The notes below the pieces were generated by a model that searched no databases, was not told the DNA's origin, and saw only the letters and a list, made by a program, of their open reading frames with translations. Shown here in pieces: positions 26,878-37,019 of a DNA stretch of 64,000 bases. The position numbers were made by a program, and so were the translations under genes. Positions within the stretch are counted from its first letter, which is position 1; the number at the start of each line of letters is the position of its first letter. Origin of the DNA: Anaerolineales bacterium (GTDB lineage Bacteria; Chloroflexota; Anaerolineae; Anaerolineales; UBA11579); contig JAHCIH010000001.1 in the NCBI GenBank assembly GCA_026129335.1, forward strand, positions 13,441 to 77,440, written 5' to 3'.

Positions 26878-28704
26878 TTATTTGTCGCCTGTTCCTTCGG
26901 CCAATTTGCGGCTCTCTTCGATGTAGGCCAAGCTTTGGTGGCGGAAGTAGGTGTTGTACAGGCCGGCATAGTGGCCGCCAGCGGCCAGCAGGCCGTCGTG
27001 GTCGCCTTCTTCAATGATGTGGCCTTGCTGCAGCACAATGATGCGGTCGGCGGCTTTGACCGTGGACAAGCGGTGGGCGATAAGGATGCTGGTGCTCTCT
27101 TTGAGGATCAGATCGAGGGCCTGCTGAATCTGCCATTCGGTGAAGGGGTCGATGCTGGCGGTGGCCTCATCAAGGATGAAGATGGATGGGCGCTGCACCA
27201 GCACGCGCAACAAAGAGACCAACTGGCGTTGGCCCATGGAAAGACGTCCGCCGCGTTCGCCCACCTCGGTCGCGAGGCCATCCGGCAAGGTTTCCAGCCA
27301 TTCGCCGTCGCCAATCTTGCGCGCCAATTCCAGGATCTCGGCTTCCTGGATATCCGGCCGCGCGTAACGGATGTTATCGGCGACGCTGCCGGCGAACAGG
27401 AACGGTATCTGCGAGACGATGCCCAGCTGGCGACGGTACTGCGCCAGGTCCAGGGTGCGGATGTCGCGGCCGTCCACCAGCAGGCGGCCTTCCTGGAACT
27501 CGTAGAAGCGGGCGACCAGTTTGGCGATGGACGATTTGCCCGCGCCGGTGTGGCCAACCAGAGCGACGTTCTCGCCGGGCTTCACATGCAGGCTGAAGTC
27601 GTTGAGCACGGTCTCGCGCTCGGTATAGCGAAAGGTGATGTTCTCGAAGAGGATGTCGCCGCGCAGCCGGCCCACCGGTTCGCTGGCAGTCTGCACCACC
27701 TTGGGGTCGGCATCAATGAGTGCAAAGGAGCGCTCGGCAGCGGAGAGGCCAGACTGCAGCTGCGTCCAGAACGAAGACAGGTTGAGCACCGGGAAGAAAA
27801 AGCGGTCCAGGCTTTGCAGGAAGAGGAACCAGGCGCCGGCGGTGATGACGCCGTTGACCACATTGAGGCCGCCGACATAGAGGAGCAGGCCGGTGCCCAG
27901 CGCAGCCAGCGCATTCAGCGTGGGGAAAACCGCCGAGAGCACAAAGCCGCGGCGGATATTGACGCTGAACGAACTGCGGTTGGCGTCGTCGAACTCCTCG
28001 AAGATCATGGCTTCCTGGCGGAAGTTCTTGGCCACGGCGATGCCGCTGATGGTCTCTTTGATGGCTGCGTTGACGTTGCCCATGGCGCGCATGCCGCGCT
28101 GCGTGGTGCGCCGCGCCGCGGCGCGGAAGGCCACAGCGGCGAAATAAAAGAAGGGCAGTTGGGCGAACAACAGTAGGGAGAGAAAGCCCTGCACGAAAAT
28201 CAGGCTGACGCCCAACAGCAGCGCCAGGCCGAACTGCGCAATCAGGTCGGTGATCAGCACGATCATGTCGCCGAAGTCACGCGTATCGGAAGTGATGCGC
28301 GAGAGTACCTTGGCCGAGGGGTTGTCGTCGTAGAACGAAAGGTCGTGGGCCGCAGCGGCGCGGAAGCCGTCCTGGCGAATGGCCATGACTACATCGCCGA
28401 TGACGCGGGCAGTCAGGCGGCGGCGCCACCAGTTGGTGACCCAGATCAACACGCCGGAAACCAACATCACCACGGTGACGATGAGAATTTCGGTGCTGCT
28501 GACCTCATCGCCCACCAGGTCCAGGGCGCGGGCGAGCAGCAGCGGCACCGCAGCGCCGGAGAGCGCGGTGAACAACGCGGTGAGGCCGATGGTCAGCATG
28601 GACCCGCGGTGCGGGCCGAAGTAGTGCGCCATACGGCCGAGCAGCTGCCGGTCGGTGTACTGGCGGTCGTAGGCCTCTACGTCAAGTCCGGAAAAGAAAC
28701 CCAT
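26878..28704 (-). CDS. ABC exporter, fused permease/ATPase (MsbA/MdlB-like), partner 2
   Basis: Six-TM domain plus GHTGAGKSS, LSMGQRQL, IFILDEATASID. Confidence 0.9.
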   Translation of the reverse strand: MGFFSGLDVEAYDRQYTDRQLLGRMAHYFGPHRGSMLTIGLTALFTALSGAAVPLLLARALDLVGDEVSSTEILIVTVVMLVSGVLIWVTNWWRRRLTARVIGDVVMAIRQDGFRAAAAHDLSFYDDNPSAKVLSRITSDTRDFGDMIVLITDLIAQFGLALLLGVSLIFVQGFLSLLLFAQLPFFYFAAVAFRAAARRTTQRGMRAMGNVNAAIKETISGIAVAKNFRQEAMIFEEFDDANRSSFSVNIRRGFVLSAVFPTLNALAALGTGLLLYVGGLNVVNGVITAGAWFLFLQSLDRFFFPVLNLSSFWTQLQSGLSAAERSFALIDADPKVVQTASEPVGRLRGDILFENITFRYTERETVLNDFSLHVKPGENVALVGHTGAGKSSIAKLVARFYEFQEGRLLVDGRDIRTLDLAQYRRQLGIVSQIPFLFAGSVADNIRYARPDIQEAEILELARKIGDGEWLETLPDGLATEVGERGGRLSMGQRQLVSLLRVLVQRPSIFILDEATASIDPFTEWQIQQALDLILKESTSILIAHRLSTVKAADRIIVLQQGHIIEEGDHDGLLAAGGHYAGLYNTYFRHQSLAYIEESRKLAEGTGDK

Positions 28705-28705
28705 A

Positions 28706-30481
28706 TCACTCGCTAAAAATGCGCCGGTAGGCTTTGGAGGTCTTCATCAGTTCTTCGTGACTGCCCGCCGCCACCAGTTTGCCGCTGCGCAGCACCAAAA
28801 TCTGGTCGGCCCAGCGGATTTGTGAAAGGCGGTGGGTGATGATCAGCGTGGTGCGGTCACGCGCTGCGGCGTAAATGGCACGCTGGATCAGGTCTTCCGT
28901 GGCGCTGTCGATGGCGCTGGTCGAATCGTCGAGGATGAGCACGGCCGGGTCGGTGAGGAAGGCGCGGGCCAACGCCACGCGCTGGCGCTGCCCGCCGGAG
29001 AGGGTCACGCCGCGGTCGCCCACGATGGTGTCGTAGCCGTCCTTGAATTCCATGATGAATTCGTGCGCCTGGGCCTGTTTGGCGGCACGCTCGATATCTT
29101 CACGGCTGGCGTTGCGCACGCCAAAGGCGATGTTCTCGGCCAGGCTGCGCGAGAACAAGAAAATATCCTGCTCGATGATGGAAATTTGCTGGCGCAAGGA
29201 CTCCAGGTTCCACTCGCGCACATCCACGCCGTCCACCAACACCTGGCCGCTGGTGACGTCGTAGGTGCGGTTGACCAGCTTGGCCAGCGAGGTCTTGCCC
29301 ACACCGGTCTGGCCCACGATGGCCACGGTCTGCCCGGCGGGGATGGTGAACGAAACGTTCTCCAGAGCCGGGTCACCGATTTCGTAAGTGAAGGTGACGT
29401 CACGGAACTCAATGTTGCCCTTCATCTTGGCCTGCTGGCCGCCCAGGTTCTGATCCAGGTCGGTTTCGCGGTTGATCAGCTCCAATATGCGGCCAGAGCT
29501 GGCCACACCCAGCGAGACTTGCGAATAAGCGAACAGCGAGGTGAACACGGGGAAGCCGAAGAGCTGCAGCAAGCCGAAGTAGGCGATGACATCACCCATC
29601 ACCAACTCGCCGCGCTGGAAAAGCGTGAGCGAGTGCCACAGACCACCGGCCTGCGCCAGGCCCATCAGCAACATGGGCAGAAAGCGCGCCTCCAGGTACC
29701 CCTGCTTCACAAAAGCATCGCGGAAGCGGCGCACGTTGCGGGCGAACAGCGAGACCTCAGACTCTTCCTGGGACATGCCTTTGACGGTCTCGATGCCATC
29801 CAGCGCTTCGGAGAGGCGCGAGTTGAGCGCGCCGAAGCTGGCGCGCACCTCGCGGGTCACCGGGGCCATCTGCACCAGGTAGTGCCAGATGGCCAGGGCG
29901 TAGGCGATGGTGAAGAGCAGCGGAGTGAGCACCAGATGGGGGTGGATGGGGTACGCCGCGGCAATTGGACCGAACAAAAAGAAGGCTGCGCCGATGACCA
30001 GGTTTAGGCCCGGGTTGAACATCAGGTTGATTTCGCGCACATCGTTGGTGGCGCGGGCCATGGTGTCGCCCACCGATTGCAGGCTGTGGAAGGTCATGCT
30101 CTTGCCGAGCAGGTTGACATACAGCTCCTCGCGCACGTCGCGCTCGAAGAGCTGGCCGAGCCATTCGGCGCCGAAATTGCGGGCGAACTGCAGCACGCTG
30201 CGGATGGTTTGGCTGACCAACAGCAGCACGACCAGGTCCCAGAGCAGGTCGAGCCGGTCGGGAGTCCGGGTGATGACCTCATAGGCATCGCCGATGATGA
30301 CCGGCACATAGGTGGCCAGGGCGCCGTTGGTCAGCGCGCCGATGAGCAACATGACCGTCAGCGGCCAATAGTGGAACAGGCGGGAGAACAGCCATGGCAA
30401 CGGGGCGCGGCGGTTGGTAGGGTAACGTTCGGGCAGTGTAAATTCTGCCGCGTGCTGAGCGGGAAGACTGTTGGTTGCCAT
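28706..30481 (-). CDS. ABC exporter, fused permease/ATPase (MsbA/MdlB-like), partner 1
   Basis: ORF 28706..30574 trimmed to ATG 30481. GQTGVGKTS, LSGGQRQRVALARA. Stop lies 1 nt from the next start, suggesting a heterodimer pair. Confidence 0.9.
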   Translation of the reverse strand: MATNSLPAQHAAEFTLPERYPTNRRAPLPWLFSRLFHYWPLTVMLLIGALTNGALATYVPVIIGDAYEVITRTPDRLDLLWDLVVLLLVSQTIRSVLQFARNFGAEWLGQLFERDVREELYVNLLGKSMTFHSLQSVGDTMARATNDVREINLMFNPGLNLVIGAAFFLFGPIAAAYPIHPHLVLTPLLFTIAYALAIWHYLVQMAPVTREVRASFGALNSRLSEALDGIETVKGMSQEESEVSLFARNVRRFRDAFVKQGYLEARFLPMLLMGLAQAGGLWHSLTLFQRGELVMGDVIAYFGLLQLFGFPVFTSLFAYSQVSLGVASSGRILELINRETDLDQNLGGQQAKMKGNIEFRDVTFTYEIGDPALENVSFTIPAGQTVAIVGQTGVGKTSLAKLVNRTYDVTSGQVLVDGVDVREWNLESLRQQISIIEQDIFLFSRSLAENIAFGVRNASREDIERAAKQAQAHEFIMEFKDGYDTIVGDRGVTLSGGQRQRVALARAFLTDPAVLILDDSTSAIDSATEDLIQRAIYAAARDRTTLIITHRLSQIRWADQILVLRSGKLVAAGSHEELMKTSKAYRRIFSE

Positions 30482-30577
30482 TAATTTATCGTTGGAGTCG
30501 AGCAGCTTGGAGTGGCCTTGCTGCACAGGCGCCGAAGTTCTAGGATACCACAGCGCGCTTTGCAGCGCGGGCAATGC

Positions 30578-30612
30578 AAAGCGGGCAGCGCCCGGAAGGT
30601 GCTGCCCGCTTT
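30578..30612 (-). terminator. Hairpin downstream of the protease gene
   Basis: AAAGCGGGCAG-(13 nt)-CTGCCCGCTTT, a symmetric 11-bp stem with only a short T-run. Confidence 0.45.
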
Positions 30613-30634
30613 AGCTGCGGTGTGTGAGGTGGCT

Positions 30635-32677
30635 CTAAGGAGCGAGCACCTCGAAGTTGTCGAAGGAGACCACCAGGCCGCCGCTGTCAAACGTGCCCAC
30701 AAACAGGCCCACGCCGCCCGAAGTCAGGTCACCGTCGGTGGTGCTGGCCAGCAGGTTACCGTTGATGCCCAGAGAAAGCTGGGCGCCGGTGCAGGAAGCA
30801 TTGAGCACGAAGGGCTCGCTATCCACCGGGATGAGGTTCGAGGAGGCCCAATCCACCAGGGAGGTGTAGCTGCCGTTGATCATCTTCCAGATGGAGTAGT
30901 AGCCGTCTTCAGAGACTTCAAGCACGTAGTAGTTGTCAGCGTCGATATAGCGGCAGATCAGGCCGATATCACCGATGTGCGAGGCCTGCTCGATGTTCAC
31001 GTCCACATTGATGACCACATCGCCGAACGACTCAGTCTGGGCGCTCAACGAGTAGGACTGCACGGGGTTGACTTCCATATAGTAGCGGCCGCTCGAGTAG
31101 TAGCGGGGGAAGTCGGAGTCGGTGCTCTCGTTCCAGCCGCTGGAGGTGTTGGAAAAGTCGTCGGAGTAGACCACCTCCCAGTCGGATTCCTGCGAACCCA
31201 GCGGCATGGCTTCGAAATTGTCGAAGGCGGCCACAAAGCGTTCGCCGTCGGATACGTAGACGGCCAGGCCGAGGTCACCGCGGGCAAAGGTGTTGTCGGT
31301 CACTTCGGCGACCATCTCGCCATCCAGGAACAAGGCCAAATAGGTACGGTCACAAACCACCGTGGCGCGCACGCTGCGGCTGCCAAAGGGGGCCACCGCA
31401 GGCTCCGGCTCATAAAGGTCGACGAACTCGCCGTCCAGCCACATGGAGATACCCACCCAGCCATCGGCGAAGATGCGGAACTCATAGCCGTTGTTTTCGT
31501 CCACGTAGCGACAGCTGAGGCTGACTTCGTTCTCGTCTGCTTCGCTTTCCATAATGCGGATGTCCACACTGTATTCCACATTGTCATAGGGCCGGTGCAG
31601 CAGGGAAGTGTAGTACGGGCTGCCGCTGATGTCTTCCAGGTACAGTTCACCGCCCTGGTAATAGGCCGAGCCGGATTCGTAAGAGTAGATGTCCCAGCCG
31701 CTGTTCGGATCAGAGAAGTCGTCCCTGAACGTGCCGCTCGGCGTGGTGCCGGCGCTCTGCACGCCCTGAACGGAAACCTGCCCGCCCTGTGCAGCCTGGA
31801 TGAGCGGCAGCGCCAGGGTCACCGGGCGCAGAGCGTTGATGAACCCGCCGGTGGGGACGCAGTTATCCAGTTCGTTGACCACGCCGTCGCGGTTGGTATC
31901 CACCAACACGCGGCAGTCCACATACTGGTCGTCACCGCCGTAGCCGAGCTGGGTGGGCACACCCACCAGATAGCCCTCGGCGTCGACCGCCAGACCACCG
32001 CTGTTGCCGCCGGCGATGGTGGCGTTGGTCTTGATGAAAGCGCGGGCGCCATAGGGCTGCTGGCCGGTGAAGCCGGAGACCTCGCCGCGGGTCAGCGTGA
32101 TGGTGCCGCCGCCGATGCCGGGATACCCGAGGATGGTGAGTTCGTCGCCCAGGTTGAGCGCATCGGCATTGCCCAGCGAGACGTAGGGCAGGTTGAGCGA
32201 GGCGGCGTTGACCGGGCTGCCATCGTAATTATGCGTGATTTGGATCACCGCCAGGTCCAGCGTCGCGTCGGCCTGGACCACCTCGGCATAGTAAGAGGGT
32301 TGCGGCTCCTGGTCTTGGTTGATGGTCATCGCCACGATGAGTTCGTCCACCGGGAAGTAGCGTTCCGGCAGGACGACGTGGGCGTTGGTGAGGATCAGCC
32401 CGTCTGGGGTGATGATGGTGCCGGAGCCAGTCCAGCCGATCTGCAACTCGCCGGTTTCATCGTAGTAGGCGGCCCAAATCTGCACCACGCCCTCGAAAGG
32501 CACCGACGGGTTGGCAAAACCGGTGCTGCGAGGCAGAGCGGTGGCTTCCAATGTGGTGGGTTGTTCGCTGCTGGGTGCGGGGGCGCTTCCGCCACTGCAG
32601 GCAGCCAACACCAAACTTAAAATGAGTGCAATCAACAGGTGGTTTTTGCGAATAAACATGAGCTTTCCTTTTGGCAA
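30635..32677 (-). CDS. Secreted/lipoprotein trypsin-like (S1C) serine protease with two C-terminal beta-sandwich (LamG/DUF1080-like) modules
   Basis: Lipobox LVLAAC. Triad contexts LTNAHVV, DLAVIQI, GNSGGLAV. Two modules of about 175 aa each start (D)DFS..SGW and end FDNFE. Confidence 0.85.
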   Translation of the reverse strand: MPKGKLMFIRKNHLLIALILSLVLAACSGGSAPAPSSEQPTTLEATALPRSTGFANPSVPFEGVVQIWAAYYDETGELQIGWTGSGTIITPDGLILTNAHVVLPERYFPVDELIVAMTINQDQEPQPSYYAEVVQADATLDLAVIQITHNYDGSPVNAASLNLPYVSLGNADALNLGDELTILGYPGIGGGTITLTRGEVSGFTGQQPYGARAFIKTNATIAGGNSGGLAVDAEGYLVGVPTQLGYGGDDQYVDCRVLVDTNRDGVVNELDNCVPTGGFINALRPVTLALPLIQAAQGGQVSVQGVQSAGTTPSGTFRDDFSDPNSGWDIYSYESGSAYYQGGELYLEDISGSPYYTSLLHRPYDNVEYSVDIRIMESEADENEVSLSCRYVDENNGYEFRIFADGWVGISMWLDGEFVDLYEPEPAVAPFGSRSVRATVVCDRTYLALFLDGEMVAEVTDNTFARGDLGLAVYVSDGERFVAAFDNFEAMPLGSQESDWEVVYSDDFSNTSSGWNESTDSDFPRYYSSGRYYMEVNPVQSYSLSAQTESFGDVVINVDVNIEQASHIGDIGLICRYIDADNYYVLEVSEDGYYSIWKMINGSYTSLVDWASSNLIPVDSEPFVLNASCTGAQLSLGINGNLLASTTDGDLTSGGVGLFVGTFDSGGLVVSFDNFEVLAP

Positions 32678-32726
32678 CAGATATGGAGGGCTAATGCAGC
32701 GAGCTTAACGAATACTATACACTGCT

Positions 32727-33737
32727 TTATTCGCCCTGCACTTGCGAATCATCGCCGACGTTGACCCGGCCCTTCACCCCGCGCACCTGGCTGCGCTCCC
32801 CCAGCAACGAGCCGTGCAAGTGGCTGTCTTCCACGGTGGCTCCGCTCTCCAAAATGGCGTCTTCGATACGGCTGTTGCGCACCACGCAGCCGCGGCCCAC
32901 GGAGACATATGGGCCCAGCGTGCTGTTCTCTACGGTGGCTTCAGGGTGGATGTAGACCGGCGCGTGCAGGGTGACTCCAGAACGCCCGGCGTCCGGCGTG
33001 TTTTCGCGGCCCTTCTCGAGCAGGCGGCGGTTGGTCTCCAGCACCGTTTCGGGCAGGCCGGCATCCAGCCATTCGTCGACCACTTCGGTGCGCATGCGCA
33101 AACCCTTCTTGAGCATGATGTCGATGGCGTCGGCCAGGAAGTACTCGTTCTTGGTCTTGACGCCTTTTTGCATCTGCTCGTCGATGGCGGCGAGCAAATC
33201 TTCGCCGCGTTTGAAGTAGTAGATGCCCACGATGGCCAGGTTGTTGCTCATGTCGTCGGGCTTCTCGATCAGGCCGCTGACCAGGCCCTCTTCGTTGAGC
33301 GCGGCCACACCGAAGCGGCGCGGGTCTTCCACCGGCTTGACCCACAGCACGGCATCGGCCTTTTCCTGCGCCAGGCCGGAGAAATCGGTCTCAATGACCG
33401 TGTCAACAAAAATCACGATGGTGGGGCCGTGCAGGTGCTCGCGGGCCTGGGCCAACGCGTGCGATTGGCCGAGCAGCTCTTTCTGCTCCACGTAATGCGC
33501 CTTCACCTCGGGGTGCTCAGCCTGCATGTAGCGCTGCACCTGGTCGCCCAGGTAGCCGAGGATGAAGACGAAATCGGCCTGCTGCACATTCGGCGCACTG
33601 CCCAACAGCTTGAGTACGTGGCCCAGCACGGTGTCGCCTGCAGCGCTGAGCAGCGGCTTGGGCCGCGACCAGGTATGCGGGCGCAGGCGGCTGCCGAAGC
33701 CGGCCATGGGGATGATGATCTTCAGCGTCTCGCTCAT
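32727..33737 (-). CDS. Sugar-phosphate nucleotidyltransferase with C-terminal hexapeptide-repeat domain
   Basis: [14 protein letters not shown]...PKPLL N-terminus (G1P thymidylyl/uridylyltransferase-like) with an LbH-like tail. Confidence 0.85.
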   Translation of the reverse strand: MSETLKIIIPMAGFGSRLRPHTWSRPKPLLSAAGDTVLGHVLKLLGSAPNVQQADFVFILGYLGDQVQRYMQAEHPEVKAHYVEQKELLGQSHALAQAREHLHGPTIVIFVDTVIETDFSGLAQEKADAVLWVKPVEDPRRFGVAALNEEGLVSGLIEKPDDMSNNLAIVGIYYFKRGEDLLAAIDEQMQKGVKTKNEYFLADAIDIMLKKGLRMRTEVVDEWLDAGLPETVLETNRRLLEKGRENTPDAGRSGVTLHAPVYIHPEATVENSTLGPYVSVGRGCVVRNSRIEDAILESGATVEDSHLHGSLLGERSQVRGVKGRVNVGDDSQVQGE

Positions 33738-34342
33738 TGCTCTTCCCTCTTGGTGCAGACCAGCAGGCCCTTACCCACCGGCAGCACGGCCGCATCCACG
33801 GCGGCGTCTTTGCGGGCTGCCGCGACGAAGTCGGACAGTTCCTCGCGGTGGCTGAGCACGTTGTCGGCCACGAAGAGGCCGCCGGGGACCAGCCGCGGCA
33901 CCACGCTGGCGTAAATCTCGGAGTACATCTCTTTCTCGCAGTCCAGAAAACAAAAGGCGATCTCATCAATGTCTTTGATGTGCGAACGTGCATCGCCGTG
34001 GACGAACTCCACCCAGTCGTTCACGCCGGCCTGCTCGAAAGTCTCGCGGGCCAGTTCGGCCTTTTCAGGCAGCAGTTCGTAGGTGACCAACTGGCCGCCG
34101 CGTTCCCTGGCGGCCAGAGAGAGCCACAGGGCGGAATAGCCGGCGCTGGTGCCCACCTCCACCATCAGGCCGCGCGGGGCGGCCTGGGCCAGCAGGGCCA
34201 GCAGCATGCCCGTCTCTGGGGGTATCTGGCGCAGGCGCTTCAGCTGCGGCGTGCCGTCTTTGCGGTCGCGGGCGTCGCGCTGTTCCAGGTCGTGCATGCG
34301 GTCCAGCACCGCGTCGGGGATGTCCGTGAATAGCGTCTTCAT
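33734..34342 (-). CDS. Class I SAM-dependent O-methyltransferase (family 3, caffeoyl-CoA OMT-like)
   Basis: [14 protein letters not shown] motif I and [13 protein letters not shown] motifs. Overlaps both neighbours by 4 nt. Confidence 0.85.
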   Translation of the reverse strand: MKTLFTDIPDAVLDRMHDLEQRDARDRKDGTPQLKRLRQIPPETGMLLALLAQAAPRGLMVEVGTSAGYSALWLSLAARERGGQLVTYELLPEKAELARETFEQAGVNDWVEFVHGDARSHIKDIDEIAFCFLDCEKEMYSEIYASVVPRLVPGGLFVADNVLSHREELSDFVAAARKDAAVDAAVLPVGKGLLVCTKREEQ

Positions 34343-35808
34343 AGCTGCGGGCGGCGGGTATGGTGGTCGCTGGCCTGCTGGTAGGCGTGCGCGGCGGCCA
34401 GCAGGCGCTCCTCCGAGAAGTACGGGCCGAGCAACTGCAAGCCCAGCGGCAGGCCGGTGCTGTCGAAGCCGGCCGGGATGCTCAGGCCGGGGACGCCAGC
34501 CAGGTTGGCCGGCAAGGTGAAGACGTCTTCCAAGTACATTTGCAGCGGGTCCTCGGCGTGGGCGCCGATGGGGAAGGCGCTGCCCGGCGTGGCCGGGGCG
34601 GCGATGAGGTCGACCTGTTCGAAAACGCGGGCGAAGTCGTCGCGGATCAGGGTGCGCACCTTTTGCGCCTGGCCGTAGTAGGCATCGTAATAGCCCGCCG
34701 AGAGGGCGTAGGTGCCGATCATGACGCGGCGCTTGACCTCCGGCCCGAAGCCCTGGCCGCGGGTGCGGCTGAACATCTCGATGAGGTTGTCCTGCTCGAT
34801 GCGCAGGCCGTAGCGTACGCCATCGAAGCGGGCCAGGTTGGCCGAGGCCTCCGCCGGGGCGATGATGTAGTAGACCGGCAGGGCGTATGCGGTGTGCGGC
34901 AGGCTGACTTCCTGCACCTGCGCGCCGAGCTGCTCAAACTGGGCGATGGCGGCGCGCACCGCAGCCTCCACCTCGGGTTGCAAGCCCTCGATGAAATACT
35001 CGCGCGGCACGCCGATGCGCAGGCCCTTGACCGAGGCGTTGCCATTCAGGTGGATGTTCGGGGCCGGCTGTTCCAGCGTGGTGGCGTCGCGCGGGTCGTA
35101 GCCAGCCATGGCGTTGAGCACCAGCGCAGCGTCCTGCGCGCTGTGGGCCAGCACGCCCACCGTGTCCAGCGAGGAGCCGAAGGCGACCAGCCCGTAGCGG
35201 GAGACGCGGCCGTAGCTGGTCTTCAGCCCGCTAAGGCCGCAGAAGGCGGCCGGCTGGCGCACCGAGCCGCCCGTGTCGGTGCCCAGGGCGGCGGGAGCCA
35301 GGCCGGCGGCCACCGCGGCTGCGCTGCCGCCGCTGGAGCCGCCCGGTACGCGTTCCTCGTCCCAGGGGTTGCGGGTGATGCCATAAGCTGAGTTTTCCGT
35401 GGAGGAGCCCATGGCGAACTCGTCGGTGTTGGTCTTACCCAGGATGACCACGCCGGCGTCCAGCAGGCGCTGGACCGAGGTGGCGTTGTAGCTGGGTACG
35501 AAGCCTTCCAAAATACGCGAGCCGCAGGTGGCCGGCATGCCGGCCACCGCTAGCACGTCTTTGACCGCGATGGGCAGGCCCAGCAGGGGCGGCAAGCCGG
35601 CGGGGTCTTTGGCCCCGGCGCGCTGCCGGTCGGCGGCTTCGGCGGCGGCCAAGGCGCCCGCGGCATCCACATACAGGTAAGCGTTCAGGCGCGGGTTGAG
35701 CGCGGCGATGCGTTTCAGGTAGGCCTGGGCAAGTTCCCGGCTGGAGAAATCGCCGGCTGCCAAGCCGTTAAGGATCTGGGAAACGGACAGAGAATGCAGT
35801 TCGCTCAC
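34339..35808 (-). CDS. gatA: Glu-tRNA(Gln)/Asp-tRNA(Asn) amidotransferase subunit A
   Basis: Amidase signature [15 protein letters not shown] start overlaps the gatC stop (GTGA). Confidence 0.95.
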   Translation of the reverse strand: MSELHSLSVSQILNGLAAGDFSSRELAQAYLKRIAALNPRLNAYLYVDAAGALAAAEAADRQRAGAKDPAGLPPLLGLPIAVKDVLAVAGMPATCGSRILEGFVPSYNATSVQRLLDAGVVILGKTNTDEFAMGSSTENSAYGITRNPWDEERVPGGSSGGSAAAVAAGLAPAALGTDTGGSVRQPAAFCGLSGLKTSYGRVSRYGLVAFGSSLDTVGVLAHSAQDAALVLNAMAGYDPRDATTLEQPAPNIHLNGNASVKGLRIGVPREYFIEGLQPEVEAAVRAAIAQFEQLGAQVQEVSLPHTAYALPVYYIIAPAEASANLARFDGVRYGLRIEQDNLIEMFSRTRGQGFGPEVKRRVMIGTYALSAGYYDAYYGQAQKVRTLIRDDFARVFEQVDLIAAPATPGSAFPIGAHAEDPLQMYLEDVFTLPANLAGVPGLSIPAGFDSTGLPLGLQLLGPYFSEERLLAAAHAYQQASDHHTRRPQL

Positions 35809-36101
35809 GGCCCGCCGTCCAGCACCGGGGGCACGCGGAACTGCTCGGCGGCGGTGTCCGGGGCGTTGCCCAGCAGGTCTGCGCGGGGCATGGCGGGGCT
35901 GGGCTCGTCCGGGCGCAGGCGGCTTTGCGGCACAGCCACGCTGCTCATCGGCTGCACCGCGGCGGTATCCAGTTCTTTGAGCTTGTCTACATGGGCGAGG
36001 ATGTCGGACAGCTGCCGGCGATAACGCTCTTTCTCCTCATCGCTGAGGTGCAGGCGGGCCAGCAGGGCGATATGGTCTACATCTTCACGACTTAATGCCA
36101 T
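35805..36101 (-). CDS. gatC: Glu-tRNA(Gln)/Asp-tRNA(Asn) amidotransferase subunit C
   Basis: ORF 35805..36215 trimmed to ATG 36101 (MALSREDVDHIALLARLHLSDEE), 98 aa. Confidence 0.9.
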   Translation of the reverse strand: MALSREDVDHIALLARLHLSDEEKERYRRQLSDILAHVDKLKELDTAAVQPMSSVAVPQSRLRPDEPSPAMPRADLLGNAPDTAAEQFRVPPVLDGGP

Positions 36102-36110
36102 ACGACAAAA

Positions 36111-36119
36111 ATTATAACA
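36111..36119 (-). promoter_or_regulatory. Extended -10 TGTTATAAT 9 nt upstream of the gatC ATG (leaderless or near-leaderless)
   Basis: Minus strand reads cacTGTTATAATttttgtcgtATG, confirmed by ORF translations HCYNFCRM and (plus strand) MPYDKNYNS. No SD. Confidence 0.45.
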
Positions 36120-36127
36120 GTGGGGCG

Positions 36128-37012
36128 CTACCAGCCCGTCGCATACCAGCGCAGGTACAGTTCCACGTGGCGGCTCCAGTAATCTTCGCTGTGGTCGCCG
36201 GTGAACAGGTTCCACTGGTGGGGGATGGCGTATTCGTCGAGCAGGGTGGCAAACCAGGTCGCCGAGGCGAGGATGCGCTGCTGGTCGCGCTCGCCGATAT
36301 CCAGCCAGATGCGCGGCGGCGCGACCTCAGCGAGATCCCCCAGCCAGCCGCTCACCCGCCAGGCCTCTTCGGCGAAGACGGGCGGGCTGTGCCCGCCGAC
36401 CGCGCCGAAGAGCTGCGGATGGGTCAGCGCCAGGTGGATGGCCCAGGACGCACCGCGAGAGAGGCCGCCCACGGCGCGGTTTTCACGCGCGGCATCCACA
36501 CGGAACTGCGCCTCCACCCAGGGCAGCAGCTCCTCGATGAACACCTCGTCAAAGGCGTTCTCCTCTGGCGGGGCGAAGTGACGCGAATCCTGCGGCATGA
36601 CGATCAGGAAAGGCGGCAGTTCGCCGGCCGCGACCAAGGCATCGGCGACTTCGGCAACGCCGAGACGGCCCCACTGGTCGGCGGTGTAGGTCTGGCCGTG
36701 AATCAGGTAGAGCACAGGGTAGCTGCGTTGACTGTGCAGGCGGTAGCAGGGCGGCGTGTAGACATACACGGGCATCGGGTCAGCCAGGCGCTCCGTGGCC
36801 AGCTCCAACTCGTGCATTTCGCCGCCGGCTGCCAGGCAGGCCTCAGCGGCCGGCTCTGCCGGCGCCAACTGTGGGCTGGGGGTTGCGCTTTGGGTTGGGC
36901 TGGGCGTCTGAGAGGGAGCGACGGTGGCGTCCACTGCTTCCGCCGCGGGCGGCGGGGCAGCGCAGGCCGCCAGCAGAGCGGCCAGGGCGCAGAGCCAAAG
37001 AAGGCGCTTCAT
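36128..37012 (-). CDS. Secreted esterase-family (alpha/beta hydrolase) lipoprotein
   Basis: Lipobox LLAACA, YPVLYLIHG, nucleophile-elbow-like GGLSRGASWA. Confidence 0.75.
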   Translation of the reverse strand: MKRLLWLCALAALLAACAAPPPAAEAVDATVAPSQTPSPTQSATPSPQLAPAEPAAEACLAAGGEMHELELATERLADPMPVYVYTPPCYRLHSQRSYPVLYLIHGQTYTADQWGRLGVAEVADALVAAGELPPFLIVMPQDSRHFAPPEENAFDEVFIEELLPWVEAQFRVDAARENRAVGGLSRGASWAIHLALTHPQLFGAVGGHSPPVFAEEAWRVSGWLGDLAEVAPPRIWLDIGERDQQRILASATWFATLLDEYAIPHQWNLFTGDHSEDYWSRHVELYLRWYATGW

Positions 37013-37019
37013 CCGCCGG

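Noticed and set aside
30512-32620. 702-aa plus-strand ORF antisense to the protease gene
   Set aside because: Its composition is Gly/Ala/Val/His/Arg-rich with no motifs, typical of a shadow ORF in high-GC DNA. The opposite strand encodes a protein with a clear catalytic triad and lipobox.
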